64,000 bases of DNA from positions 24,107 to 88,106 of the forward strand of contig JAANOX010000138.1 of NCBI GenBank assembly GCA_020184695.1, written 5' to 3'. The position numbers and the translations under genes were made by a program. The stretch comes from Histomonas meleagridis 2922-C6/04-290x. Its lineage: Eukaryota > Protista > Parabasalia. The notes below the pieces were generated by a model. The model did not search any database and had not been told where the DNA came from. It worked only from the letters and a program-made list of their open reading frames with translations. Below are positions 10,593 to 21,748 of the stretch, in pieces. The stretch's first letter is position 1; the number at the start of each line of letters is the position of its first letter.

Positions 10593-12452
10593 TTATACTA
10601 TTTCGAGTCTTTCTTCTGTGTTTTGTCTTTCTTTCTCTTCCTGACTCAGCTTTTCTTCCTTTTCCTTCTTCGACACCTTCAAGCACTCCAGCTTCACCTG
10701 CAGCAGTCGCCTTAAGTTTTGGAACGCGTCCAATTGCTTCTGATTCGTTTCGCTTTGCGTTCCGACTGTTTTCTTTTGCTCCTTCAGCTCCCTCATTTGC
10801 TTCTTCATGACGTGCGCCGACTTTTGGAAGAAGTCCGAATACGTTTTCATGTCTTTCGAAATCGGATTTCCGGTTTCGATTGCGTTTTTCTCATCATTTG
10901 CTCGCTTTAACGTTCGCTCCAAACTTTGCATTAATGTCATTATACTGAAGTACTTCGATTGGTAGTTGGAAATATCAACTCTCAGCTTCTTGGATTCTTC
11001 ATCTAATTCCATGCAAACAGAATCATATTCAGATACTGCATTGGTATATCGTTTCTTGGCTTGCAAATACTTGCTTTCTACAGCCGCTGTATCTTTACGT
11101 TGGTTTTGAAGTCGTACTACATACGGTTTTAACTCATTTTGTCGAGCTTGAATACTTTGTTGAATTTCTTTGACAATTGAACTCATTTCTTCAAGTGTTT
11201 TGCCTTTGAGATCATCGAGATCTGCTTTAGCAGCTGATACCTTTTCCAGTTTTTCTCTTGCATCTCTAAATCCTCCAACTCCACGTTGTTGTTCTATCTT
11301 CAGAACTTCCTTATGAGATTTCTCTTGATGTTGTAATACTATTTCTTCAGTTCGCATCATTATAGCCAATTCTCGTTTTTGTAATGCGAGTTGTGATTGA
11401 AGTTCTTTATAATTATCATTTTTGATTTTTAATGTCCGGACAAATGCAGTAAAGTCTTTTCCGGTTGGCACTTCTATTGCTCCTGTTTCTTGCTTCTCTT
11501 GGAGTTGTTGCTCCGCTTCGGCTCGAGCTTTTTGAATGTCCGATAGCTGTCGTTGTTTTTGAGCGAGCCGTTTATTAGCGGCTATAACTTGTTGCTGGCA
11601 GAATGCGACACTTTTTTCGTTGGGGGAAGAACTTTGGTTCTTGCCTTGGTTACGGAATTCGGCAACTGCATTACGTAACGATATAAGTTGCGATTCCATG
11701 TGGCTTCGAATGTTTTGGATTCGATTTGATGAAATTTCTTGACGATGAATTAAAAGGCGTTTTTCTTCAGTAAGCTTTTGTTGTTGTTCTTCAAGACGAA
11801 CTTCTCGTTCGTTTTCTTCTCGGATTTTACTCGTCCATTTGAGAAGTTCATCAATATTAGGAACATTGGATAACTTCCGTTTAAAGCTGGAAATACGTGT
11901 GGCTATTCGTGCTTTGTTGGATTCGAGTTCTTGAATAACTTTTTTGAGCTCATCTACATTTGTGCTACCAACTTCGTTGTACTCGGTTAAAGCTGCATCA
12001 AATTGCTCACGAAGCTCGTTTTGTTGTGTAATAAGTTCGGCAACTGTTGGATCAACTTTGATTTCATCTGGAATTGGAACTTCTTCAAAAAATTTGGCTT
12101 TGTAGGCTCGCTTTTTCATCTCATCAAAGTCATTAAGAAGCCAAAGCATTGCAGGATGAATAAGTTCTTTGTCTGCATTGCCAAATCGAACATCCCATTC
12201 TTCAGGTTCACAAGGAAATTCATATTGTAGAACACGTAAAAATTCCGACATACGTTCTACCGTTGCTTCTATTTTTTCTGTTCCGATTTTCTCCGGCATA
12301 GTATCACTAATTTTGTATAAAATTGTGTTGAATAATTCTAGAAGTTCTCTCCCTGAAAGCTCAGAGAATTGGAAAAGAGTAAATTTCATGTCAAAAAGTC
12401 TTTTTAATAAGCTGACAATTTGTTCTTCGATGTTGTTCGAGCCGAAATTCAT
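10593..12452 (-). CDS. IFT81: intraflagellar transport protein 81 homolog
   Basis: N-terminal CH-like domain (ELLELF..E.IEATVERMSEFLRVLQY..LIHPAMLWLL..KKRAYKAKFF) followed by long coiled coil, as in IFT81. Confidence 0.8.
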   Translation of the reverse strand: MNFGSNNIEEQIVSLLKRLFDMKFTLFQFSELSGRELLELFNTILYKISDTMPEKIGTEKIEATVERMSEFLRVLQYEFPCEPEEWDVRFGNADKELIHPAMLWLLNDFDEMKKRAYKAKFFEEVPIPDEIKVDPTVAELITQQNELREQFDAALTEYNEVGSTNVDELKKVIQELESNKARIATRISSFKRKLSNVPNIDELLKWTSKIREENEREVRLEEQQQKLTEEKRLLIHRQEISSNRIQNIRSHMESQLISLRNAVAEFRNQGKNQSSSPNEKSVAFCQQQVIAANKRLAQKQRQLSDIQKARAEAEQQLQEKQETGAIEVPTGKDFTAFVRTLKIKNDNYKELQSQLALQKRELAIMMRTEEIVLQHQEKSHKEVLKIEQQRGVGGFRDAREKLEKVSAAKADLDDLKGKTLEEMSSIVKEIQQSIQARQNELKPYVVRLQNQRKDTAAVESKYLQAKKRYTNAVSEYDSVCMELDEESKKLRVDISNYQSKYFSIMTLMQSLERTLKRANDEKNAIETGNPISKDMKTYSDFFQKSAHVMKKQMRELKEQKKTVGTQSETNQKQLDAFQNLRRLLQVKLECLKVSKKEKEEKLSQEEKERQNTEERLEIV

Positions 12453-12821
12453 TTGAGTAAATCAAACGTCCTTTAACGAGAATAACCGTTGATAACCGTT
12501 AATGTCCAACGTTTCAATTATATCCACCAACTGGGATAACAATAAAGTTTAACATTAAGAAATAAATACAGTTTTTCCAGCATTTAGATGTAATTTTTTT
12601 TTATGCAAAAAATCTCTTTCATTTAGGAAAGACATATTTAATATATATTATTGAAATAAATAAAAATAAATCTTTATTAACTGAAACCTGTTTGATCAGC
12701 AATATTATTCTGGTACATTTTATGTTGCAAGTTCATTTTCTAATATTGAAAGTTTTGATTTTCTTTTTTAATTTTCCTTTCAAAATCAATTATTAATTAA
12801 GTTATTTATCCATTTTCGAAT

Positions 12822-12893
12822 TCCGATATCGTTCATCGGTTAGGATATGTGGTTTTCATCCACGGGAGCGGGGTTCGACTCCCCGTATCGGAA
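12822..12893 (+). tRNA. trnE: tRNA-Glu (anticodon TTC)
   Basis: acceptor stem TCCGATA/TATCGGA, anticodon arm TGTGG-TTTTCAT-CCACG, T-arm CGGGG-TTCGACT-CCCCG; 72 nt. Confidence 0.9.
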
Positions 12894-12998
12894 TGAATTT
12901 TTTAATTTTTTTTTAGTCATTTTCTGATTATTTCCATTTTTATGTTTCATTGTTCTATATATTATATAAAACATTGCATATGATAATATATATTTACT

Positions 12999-15338
12999 CT
13001 AGCTAAAGAAACTTCTTAAGAATGATATGTCATTTGCTTCCAGTGCGCATGCGCCTATTTCCCTGAGTTCATCCACTTCTTGGCACTTAATTGGCACCGA
13101 CACTATTTCCTCTTCTTTCTTCTCATCGATTACAATTCCGAACAGTGCCGCGCACAGGTCATCGATTGGAGGGATTTGGTGCGAAGGCACGTCCAACAAT
13201 TCGATGATTTGTTGTGTCTTATCGACTTTAATTTCGATTTGCTTTGGCTTTACGATTTCTCTTGGCTTAAGTTGCGGTAACGTTGCGCGTTTAATTTCCT
13301 TTGTTTCGGGTCCGAATTGATCAATCGACCAAATGAAGTTATCATTATCAATTGCAACAATTCGAATTCCAGTGCTTTCATTTAACACTTTTATGGCTCG
13401 AATTGGAGTGCCATTTGTTGGCATGTTCCAACTCTTCATTTCCCCATTCGCATAAAGGATTATAATTGGAATTTCTTTGTTGATGACAAATGCATAACAA
13501 TTCTCATCGGCAGAACAACAGCGTGCTTGTGCAAAGATTTTCTTGGTTATTGATAACGATCGAAGATCAAATGTTAATATACCTATTTTAGAATGAATGA
13601 TAACTTCATAATCATTCATGAAGTAGACGTTAAGAATTGAGTACTCGAAAACTTTTTGAGAGATGACCGTTAAAAGTTCGGCATCATAAATGTCAATGCG
13701 GTCATTGTAGGTAAGAATAAGGATAGTACCATCTTTGGACCATGTAATAGAATTGGGTGGTTCACTAATGTCTTTAGTTTTCAGAATTTCCCAATTTTCA
13801 AATTTCTTCCAGATTTGAAGCTCTTTCGATACAACCATCGCATAAACAGGAAGGCTTGGATGCATAGAAAGAGTTGAAACGTTTTTACCAGTTATTCTAA
13901 ATGATTGTTGAATCTCAAAAGAATCTTTTTCTGGATTATTACTCCAAATTTTAATTTCACTATATCCAATGATATCCGAAGAATCGGAAGTATATACAAG
14001 TGGGTTACATTCTACAGATTTAGGTCGAATCCTTTCTGTTTTTTCATATTGTTTAAGTTCATATCTCTTTTTTAAAATTTTTTTGATCTCATCAATCCTT
14101 CTTTGAGTTAAAAGATTTGCATGTTTTTCATCTCGTACTTGTAAATTTGCTTGAGGAACTGTATGATGAAATTCAACATCTTGTCCTATCGTAAGTGCTG
14201 GCTCATGGGGACTATCGTTCGTCTCAATTGTTATCAAAAAGTCGTTTGTCAATTCAAAAATGGAAACTGGATTTCTGCAGTTGTAAGAGGAGACTTGAAG
14301 TTGGTCAAGGCATTTTCCATGTTTAGAATCGAAGAATTGTAGAAGGTTAGGTTTTCGAAGTGATACGATAATATCATTTGAAAATGATACTTCTCCATAA
14401 AGATGAGAAATAGACTGACGAACAAAATTGGATGGATCAATTAACGCTAGAATGTTCTTATCAGAAATGCATGCTATATATGTGGAATTATTACTTATCG
14501 CAAGTCCTTCAATTGTAAGACCTAGACGTGGAAGGAAGGTTTTCTTATGTGTCGCTTGGTTAAGAGTTAATAAAACACCTTCAGTACCACCTGAATAAAT
14601 GGTGTTACTATTGAATACAAAATCATTGGGACAAACAAAATGCCAATGATCTTTATAAAAGGTGTTTCCAAGCTGAATGAAATATCCGTTTTGTGTGAAC
14701 ACAAGGGCATTTGGACCACGGAATTTACAAATTCGGGTTGGATTGTGTAAGTTAAATTGTTGATGTCTTTTGGTTTCAAAATTGTAAATATGTAATTTGC
14801 ATTCATCACCAAGAACAATTTCTGTGCCTGTATTATTTATATCGAAACAATCCAGATTATGAAATCTAAGCCATGATGGTTGACGATATACAAGTGATAT
14901 ATGAAGGTCAGTAAGTTTCTTTTGTACATCAGGAGTAACTATAAACTTGGATTCTGGGTTCTGATATTCATTAATCCAAAACATTCTATGTCTATAAAAT
15001 ATAAAGTATAAGGTACGGTTTCGAATTAATAACTTTTCAATTGGTTCTTTGTTCTGGTAGCTTTCAAAAGGTTCTTTTTCGATGATTGTAATTTCATTAA
15101 ATCGGTGAAACAAAATTACCCCATCTGTATCAGCTGACACCAAAACTTCATCAGTGCACACTAGTGCTGTAATTTTCCCTTTGTGACAATTCCGTTGGTC
15201 AATTAATTGTAAATCAGGCAAGTCGTAGATGTTTATAATATTTCCACATCCAACAAAAAGAAACCTTTCGTCTGTGGAAAAGCACATTGCTCTCGGATTA
15301 AATGTCCCACAACCAACCCTTCGAACAACAAAGGACAT
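12999..15338 (-). CDS. WD40 beta-propeller protein, WDR75/Utp17-like (SSU processome)
   Basis: WD repeats with DHWH, SGGTEGVL and FLPRLG motifs typical of WDR75/Nan1; likely start MSFVV at 15338. Confidence 0.65.
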   Translation of the reverse strand: MSFVVRRVGCGTFNPRAMCFSTDERFLFVGCGNIINIYDLPDLQLIDQRNCHKGKITALVCTDEVLVSADTDGVILFHRFNEITIIEKEPFESYQNKEPIEKLLIRNRTLYFIFYRHRMFWINEYQNPESKFIVTPDVQKKLTDLHISLVYRQPSWLRFHNLDCFDINNTGTEIVLGDECKLHIYNFETKRHQQFNLHNPTRICKFRGPNALVFTQNGYFIQLGNTFYKDHWHFVCPNDFVFNSNTIYSGGTEGVLLTLNQATHKKTFLPRLGLTIEGLAISNNSTYIACISDKNILALIDPSNFVRQSISHLYGEVSFSNDIIVSLRKPNLLQFFDSKHGKCLDQLQVSSYNCRNPVSIFELTNDFLITIETNDSPHEPALTIGQDVEFHHTVPQANLQVRDEKHANLLTQRRIDEIKKILKKRYELKQYEKTERIRPKSVECNPLVYTSDSSDIIGYSEIKIWSNNPEKDSFEIQQSFRITGKNVSTLSMHPSLPVYAMVVSKELQIWKKFENWEILKTKDISEPPNSITWSKDGTILILTYNDRIDIYDAELLTVISQKVFEYSILNVYFMNDYEVIIHSKIGILTFDLRSLSITKKIFAQARCCSADENCYAFVINKEIPIIILYANGEMKSWNMPTNGTPIRAIKVLNESTGIRIVAIDNDNFIWSIDQFGPETKEIKRATLPQLKPREIVKPKQIEIKVDKTQQIIELLDVPSHQIPPIDDLCAALFGIVIDEKKEEEIVSVPIKCQEVDELREIGACALEANDISFLRSFFS

Positions 15339-15540
15339 CCGAATCAATAACCGACCACAGATTTTTATCGAACAAACTTCGTCAATTCGCCAACAAGGAA
15401 AAAGACGATTTAACAAAACATTTGAACATTAGCTATGAACAGTTCAAGTAAATAGTTCTTAATTAATTCATTGGATAAATTTTTTTTTGACATTTTTTTA
15501 AAATTATTAAATTAATTTAAAAGTGAATGAAGATGTTCGT

Positions 15541-16110
15541 TTACTCAACGATATGAGTCTTTTCAGAAATGTAGATACCATCGAGGAACTTACGAAGATC
15601 TTTGTTGTGGATATGTGTATGTTGGTGGATTTGTGCACATACTAATGATACCTTATCAATGTCATTACCTTCGATCCAGATTTCTTCCTTTTGGTTTGGA
15701 CTGTCCATGATTTTAACACCTTCTGGAGCAATAACTGATTTCTTTTCACGTTGACCCATGAAGTGAGTAAAGCTAAAGGAATCCTTGTTGTCACCGATGG
15801 AATGCTTGATTGGGAAGTGTGCTGTGACAAATCTCATCTTGTAGCGATAACCTTTTGTAACACCAGTTACCATATTTTTGATATGACCAAAGAGTGTTCC
15901 AATACGAGCAACAAGCTTACGGTTTCCAAACCAGCAGCGTGCTAAAACAGTTTTTTCTTCGGCATTATATTCAATGTCGAGCTTAAGATGAGAAAGATCA
16001 CGAGTAAGGGTTCCACGTGGGCCTTCTACTGTAACAACACCAGATTTGATTGTAATTTTAACATCTTCTTCAATTTTGAGATGATCCTGATGCAAAACTG
16101 GACGAGGCAT
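15541..16110 (-). CDS. RPL9: 60S ribosomal protein L9 (uL6)
   Basis: VTVEGPRGTL, IKNMVTGVTKGYRYKMR..AHFPI, KDLRKFLDGIYISEK. Confidence 0.95.
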   Translation of the reverse strand: MPRPVLHQDHLKIEEDVKITIKSGVVTVEGPRGTLTRDLSHLKLDIEYNAEEKTVLARCWFGNRKLVARIGTLFGHIKNMVTGVTKGYRYKMRFVTAHFPIKHSIGDNKDSFSFTHFMGQREKKSVIAPEGVKIMDSPNQKEEIWIEGNDIDKVSLVCAQIHQHTHIHNKDLRKFLDGIYISEKTHIVE

Positions 16111-16115
16111 CTAAA

Positions 16116-16120
16116 AAAGG
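16116..16120 (-). promoter_or_regulatory. M5-like core promoter element (CCTTT) upstream of RPL9
   Basis: CCTTTTTT a few nt upstream of the ATG; M5 is a known trichomonad core promoter motif common in ribosomal protein genes; short motif, so supported by context only. Confidence 0.5.
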
Positions 16121-16237
16121 AAGCTTGACCAAAACCGCCCGAATTGAGGTTGTCTGTTTGAACTATACAACGATCTGATTGAATTCATTTGTTTGTAAGG
16201 TAACTTTTTTGTTAAGCTTTGAAAATAACTGTTTTTC

Positions 16238-18359
16238 ATGTTTGCTTCGAATGATTTTGCTGAGGATACTCAAATTCAATTTCAGTACATGAAAATTTTA
16301 ATCACTTACAATCTCTTGAACAAATTATTTTTAATTTATGTGAAGATAACATCAAAAAATCAGTTGAATCAACATTAATATATATTTTTCCAAAGAATTT
16401 CCATTTTATTTCAATTCCATAATTTTTCAATTTGTGTTTGCATTTTTTGTATCAAGGGATTATATTGAGATATGTATAGAGTATTTAAAAGAGCTTGAAA
16501 TAAAAGAAAGAGAATATAAAATTTCATGTCGTATCATTGATGTTTGTGTTCAATGCCTAAATTTTCACCCGAATAGTACAGATAGATATTTTATTGAAAA
16601 AATGATAGAAAATAAATTATTTGATCAAACAATGTGACAAGAAAAATAATATATATTTTATACATCATTTATCAAACAATAAAAAGATTAATAAAAAAGA
16701 TATTGAACAATTTCTTGAATCGAATAACTTAATACATACTAATTTTGATGATTATTTTTTAAAGAATTATGAAGAACTAGCAAAGAATGATTTTGAACTT
16801 CATAAAAAATATGTTAAAGAGGGACATAATCCAAATGAAATAGCAAAAATAATTCGAAATGATGAAATAGAAAAACTTCAAGAAATATCATCACAAACAA
16901 ATTTTAATTTTAATCAAAAAATTAAACCATCACTTTATGAAAGATGTTCATTTATTAATCAAAAGAATGTTACATTAATTGATTATGCAGCATTTTTTGG
17001 ATCTGTTAAATGTTTTATATTTTTACTTATTAATGGTGCAAATTTAGAAAATACAGGTCAATATGCTGTTGCAGGTGAAAACGTTGAAATCATTCATTTA
17101 TGTGAACAAAATAATTCATCTTTTAAAGATTCATATGAAGCAGCAATTAGATTACATAGAAACGATGTTTTTAAATATATTAATGAAAATATAATTACTG
17201 AAATAAATAATTTGGAAAAATTAGGAAAGTTATGTATTTGGAATAATAATTATGAAATTTTTTCTTTTTTAGTAGAAAAAGGAATGATAATTACAAAAAA
17301 ACTTATTGTTGCTTCTATTAAATCAAGAAACATATTTCTCTTACAATATTTTCTTGGAAAAAATCCCATAAGTTTAAATTTTTTGGAAAAATCATATAAT
17401 TCTAGGAATAAAGAAATTTTTGATTAACTTATAAAATATAAATATTATGATTATAATTATAAAAATATTGATAATTTTTTTTTGAATTTTTCATAAATAA
17501 TTTTATATTTAAAAAAAAATATTTGGAAATTATTAAAATTATTTCAAACAACACTTATAAAAGCATGTAGTAATTGGCGTTATTATTATGTTGGATATGT
17601 TGAATTTATTCTTCAACAAGAAGGAATTGATATTAATGCTCAAGATAATGATTTGTTTTATTTGAAATTTATTTTAATAATTTTGGATTTCAAAATAATA
17701 TTAGGAAATTATTTAAATTATTTTATACAGCACTTATTGGAGCATCTTATCGTGGTCATACAGAAATAGTTAAATTACTTCTTAACAAAGAAGGAATTGA
17801 TATTAATGCTAAAGATTATTATTTGTTGTATTTAATATTTATTTTAATAATTTCGTATTTTAAAATAATATTTGGAAATTATTTAAATTATTTTATACAG
17901 CACTTCATAATGCTGTGGATAAAAATAAAATAAAAATAGTTCAATTACTTCTTAAATATGAAGGAATTGATATTAATGCAAAAAATATTTATTTGTTTTT
18001 TTTAAAATCTATTTTAACAATTTTGGATCTAAAAATAATATTTGGAAATTATTTCAATTATTTAGAACAGTTCTTATGCTTGCATCTATAAAAAGTCAAA
18101 TAAATATGATTTCATTACTTCTCAAACAAAGAGGAATCAATATTAATGAGAGAAATATTTGTTTGTTTTGTTTATTTTTATCTATATTCAATGAGATTTC
18201 CGAATAATATTTGGAAATTATTCATTAAATTTAAGACTGCAATTATTTTAGCAGCTATTTTCGTACGAAAATAGAAATAGAGAATCTGTTAATTTATTAC
18301 TTAAGCAAAATGGAATTGATAAAAATACAGCAGATGTTTATAATTTTTATTTGGGGTAG
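16238..18359 (+). pseudogene. DUF3447 + ankyrin-repeat gene, frameshifted (locus A)
   Basis: fragments 16434-16637 and 16621-17427 carry KEGHNPNEIAKIIRND..LIDYAAFFGSVKCF; downstream ankyrin units at 17548, 17727, 17897, 18067, 18236; N-terminal frameshifts and degenerate last repeat. Confidence 0.7.
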
Positions 18360-18751
18360 AACTTAATTTCTATACCATTAACATTTGTTTTTTTGCATAA
18401 ATGAAATTCATAAATATGTTATCACTCAAGACTTAAAATTCATTAAAACTTTTGTTTTTGATTATATAAAATGTTTATTTTATAATATATGTGGCTATTA
18501 TTCTTTGTTAAAAACTAAGAATTATCATTTAATTACAGCATTTTAGAAGTATCAAATCCATTATTGTCACAAATGTAATTTTGCTTCAATTGTTTATGTA
18601 AAAGAGCTTATTTAAAAAGTTTTTTAAAATTTAAAAAAGAAATTTTTTAAACAATGTTAAAACATTAACGATTACTACATTCAACACTTTTCAATTATAA
18701 AGATCGGTACTTTATAAATAAACCATTGAATTAATGAAGTATTATTCATAA

Positions 18752-21254
18752 ATGCTGAAACATTCTAACCCAAAAAATAGCTATATTACATTATTAAAAG
18801 ACATTGAATCAATCGTCTTTGACTTAAATGAAGATAATATTGAGTCAAAAGTGGAAAATATCATGAATTTATTTGATATCAATTTACCATATTCATCTAA
18901 TCTAATAATTTCACGTTTAATATATAGATCATTTATAGTTCAAAAGAAAGATATTGGAGTATATTTATTATTCATAAAGGCAATTAACTCGAAAGAAGAA
19001 TTAATACAAAAAAATTGGAGTATAATCGAAACTTTTACATATTTTCTTCTTCAATTAAATTCAAAAGAATCCTTTTATTTTCTAGAAAACATGATTGAAG
19101 AAAAATATATTTCTTCTAATGTAGTTCAATCAAAAAACACTTTATATTTTGCACATTATTTTACTGATACCAAATTTAATCAATTAAAAAATTACGGAAT
19201 CGTTTCAAATTTCTTTCAAAAAATTGAAAAGTATAAAAAAGATAACTGGCAACAACATAAACAACTTCTCAAAGAAGGAGTTAATCCCAAATCTGTTGTT
19301 AAAGCAATTCGTTACGATGATGTTGCTAAACTTCAAGAAATATCATCACAAACAAATTTTGATTTTAATCAAAGAATCAAACCATCACTTTATGAAGTGT
19401 ACTCATTTGTTAATCAAATGAATGTTACATTAATTGATTATGCTGCATTTTTTGGATCGATTAAATGTTTTAAATATTTACTTCTGAATGGTTCTAAGTT
19501 AAATAATATAAATAAATATGCAATAGCAGGTGGAAATATAGAGATCATTCATTTGTGTGAGCAAAATAATTGTATTTTTGAACACGTTCATGAAATTGCT
19601 TTGGAATTTCATCGGAATAATGTCTTTGATTATATATATAAGAAAAGAGCAATTAGAATCAAAGAATATACTCAATTAGGAATAAGTTGTATTAAAAATG
19701 ATAATTATTCATTGTTTTTATCTCTATTAGATAAGAAAAAGTCAAAATTTAATGAAGATATCATTAATGAAACAGCAATAATCGGTAATGTTTTTCTAAT
19801 GAAATATTTTATGTATGATTATATACTTCCTAAAAATATTTTAGTTTGTGTATCAAAATCTGGAAATTTAGAATTAATGAAATTTCTTCTTGAACAAAAA
19901 GGTATTGATTTAAATTATGGAAGTTTTTGTTTTAATAATTTAAAATTAAAATTTTTTATTTGGAATTCACTAAAATTATTTTATAAGGTATTTATCGTTG
20001 CATCTGAAAATGGTCATATTGAAATGGTTAAATTCCTTCTTGAACAAAAAGGAAGTGATGTTAATGCTAAAGATATTTATTTATTTTGATCAAAGTTTAT
20101 AAAAATAATTTATTATTATTTAATACTTTATGTTTTTTTTGATTTGTATGGTGAAAATGCTTTGATAGTTGCTTCTAAACAAGGGCATACAGAAATAGTT
20201 AAATTTCTTCTTGAACAAAATGGAATTGATATTAATGATACTGAAGTATTTTTATATTATTTGATATCATGGTTTCGACTTAATATTTGGAAATTATTTA
20301 AATTATTTCAAACAGCACTTATGTATGCATCTTCAAAAGGTCATACAGAAATAGTCAAATTACTTCTTGAACAAGAAGGAATTGATATTAATGCTAAAAA
20401 CATTTATTTGTTTTATTTTATATTTATTTTAATAATTTGATATTTCAAAATAATATTTGGAAATTATTTAAATTAATTAGTACAGCACTTATTAGAGCAT
20501 CTGAAAAAGGTCATACAGAAATAGTTAAATTACTTCTTGAACAAGAAGGAATTGAAATTAATGCTAAAGATATTTATTTGTTTTATTTGAAATTTATTAT
20601 AATAATTTGAAAATTCAAAATAATATTTGGAAATTATTTATATTATTTCAAACAGCACTTATTAGAGCATCTGAAAAAGGTCATACAGAAATAGTTAAAT
20701 TACTTCTTGAACAAGAAGGAATTGAAATTAATGCTAAAGATATTTATTTGTTTTATTTGAAATTTATTATAATAATTTGAAAATTCAAAATAATATTTGG
20801 AAATTATTTAAATTATTTCAAACAGCACTTATGTTTGCATCTTATAATGGTCATACAGAAATAGTCAAATTACTTCTTGAACAAGAAGGAATTGGAATTA
20901 ATGCCAAAAATATTTATTTGTTTTATTTTATATTTATTATAATAATTTAATATTTCAAAATAATATTTGGAAATTATTTAAAATATTTAAAACAGCACTT
21001 ATGTTTGCATCATTTAAAGGTCGTACAGATATACTTAAATTACTTCTTGAACAAGAAGGAATTGATATTAATGCTAAAAATATTTAATTGTTTTATTTGA
21101 AATTTATATTAAGAATTTAAAATTACAGAATTTTATTCGGAAATTATTTAAATTATTTCAAACAGCACTTATGATAGCATCGAAATATGGTTATAAAGAA
21201 ATAGTTAAATTACTTCGAGAACACAAAGCAATTGATAGAAAATCCAAAAAATAA
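18752..21254 (+). CDS. DUF3447 + ankyrin-repeat protein with interrupted repeat array (locus B)
   Basis: intact 445-aa N-terminal ORF, then ankyrin units TAL..AS..GHTEIVKLLLEQEGIDINAKD each separated by AT-rich inserts; terminal unit ends TAA 21252-21254; full-length coding requires insert removal. Confidence 0.7.
20312..21251 (+). repeat. tandem 170-bp units (90 nt ankyrin-coding + 80 nt AT-rich insert)
   Basis: ACAGCACTT starts at 20312, 20482, 20652, 20822, 20992, 21162 (exact 170-nt period). Confidence 0.95.
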
Positions 21255-21748
21255 GCCGATACAATTAACTTAATAAACAATAATATAAAAATTTTTAATT
21301 ATTTCAATACTGGTTTGCAAGCAAAAACACTTCACACGATGGTCAAGTTAAAATTAAAAAAAAGTTAACCAATTGTGTAAATCACATAATTATTTATCAT
21401 TACATTCATTAATTAAACATGTAAATATTACCAAATGAGTAATCTTTGCTAAATTAGCCCAGAGATTTTTTTGGGCAATTAGTTATAATAATGTTTTTCT
21501 CATAGTATCCATTAAAAATATTATTAGGAACTTCATACGAAATATATCAAATGAAAAATATTTCAAATACTTATTTTTGAAGATCATTTTGTAATATAAC
21601 TCTTATTCTTGTTCATAAACACACATTACGACAATATAAACACTTTTTTCAAACAATTTTATAAATTTGTTTCTAAAACACTTACAAATCGATGATAAAA
21701 CAATTTCAAAAAATGATTTATTAATAATAAATATTCTAAAACAAAACA

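Noticed and set aside
20580-20655. Canonical GT-AG splicing from TT|GTTTTA to ACAG|CACTT in the 170-bp units
   Set aside because: The donor is phase 2 and the acceptor phase 1, so the product is frameshifted and deletes the conserved Thr. Locus D junctions (ACT CCT) have no such AG.
20312-21251. CRISPR-like repeat-spacer array
   Set aside because: Both alternating blocks are conserved, one encodes ankyrin, units are 170 bp, the host is eukaryotic and there are no cas genes.
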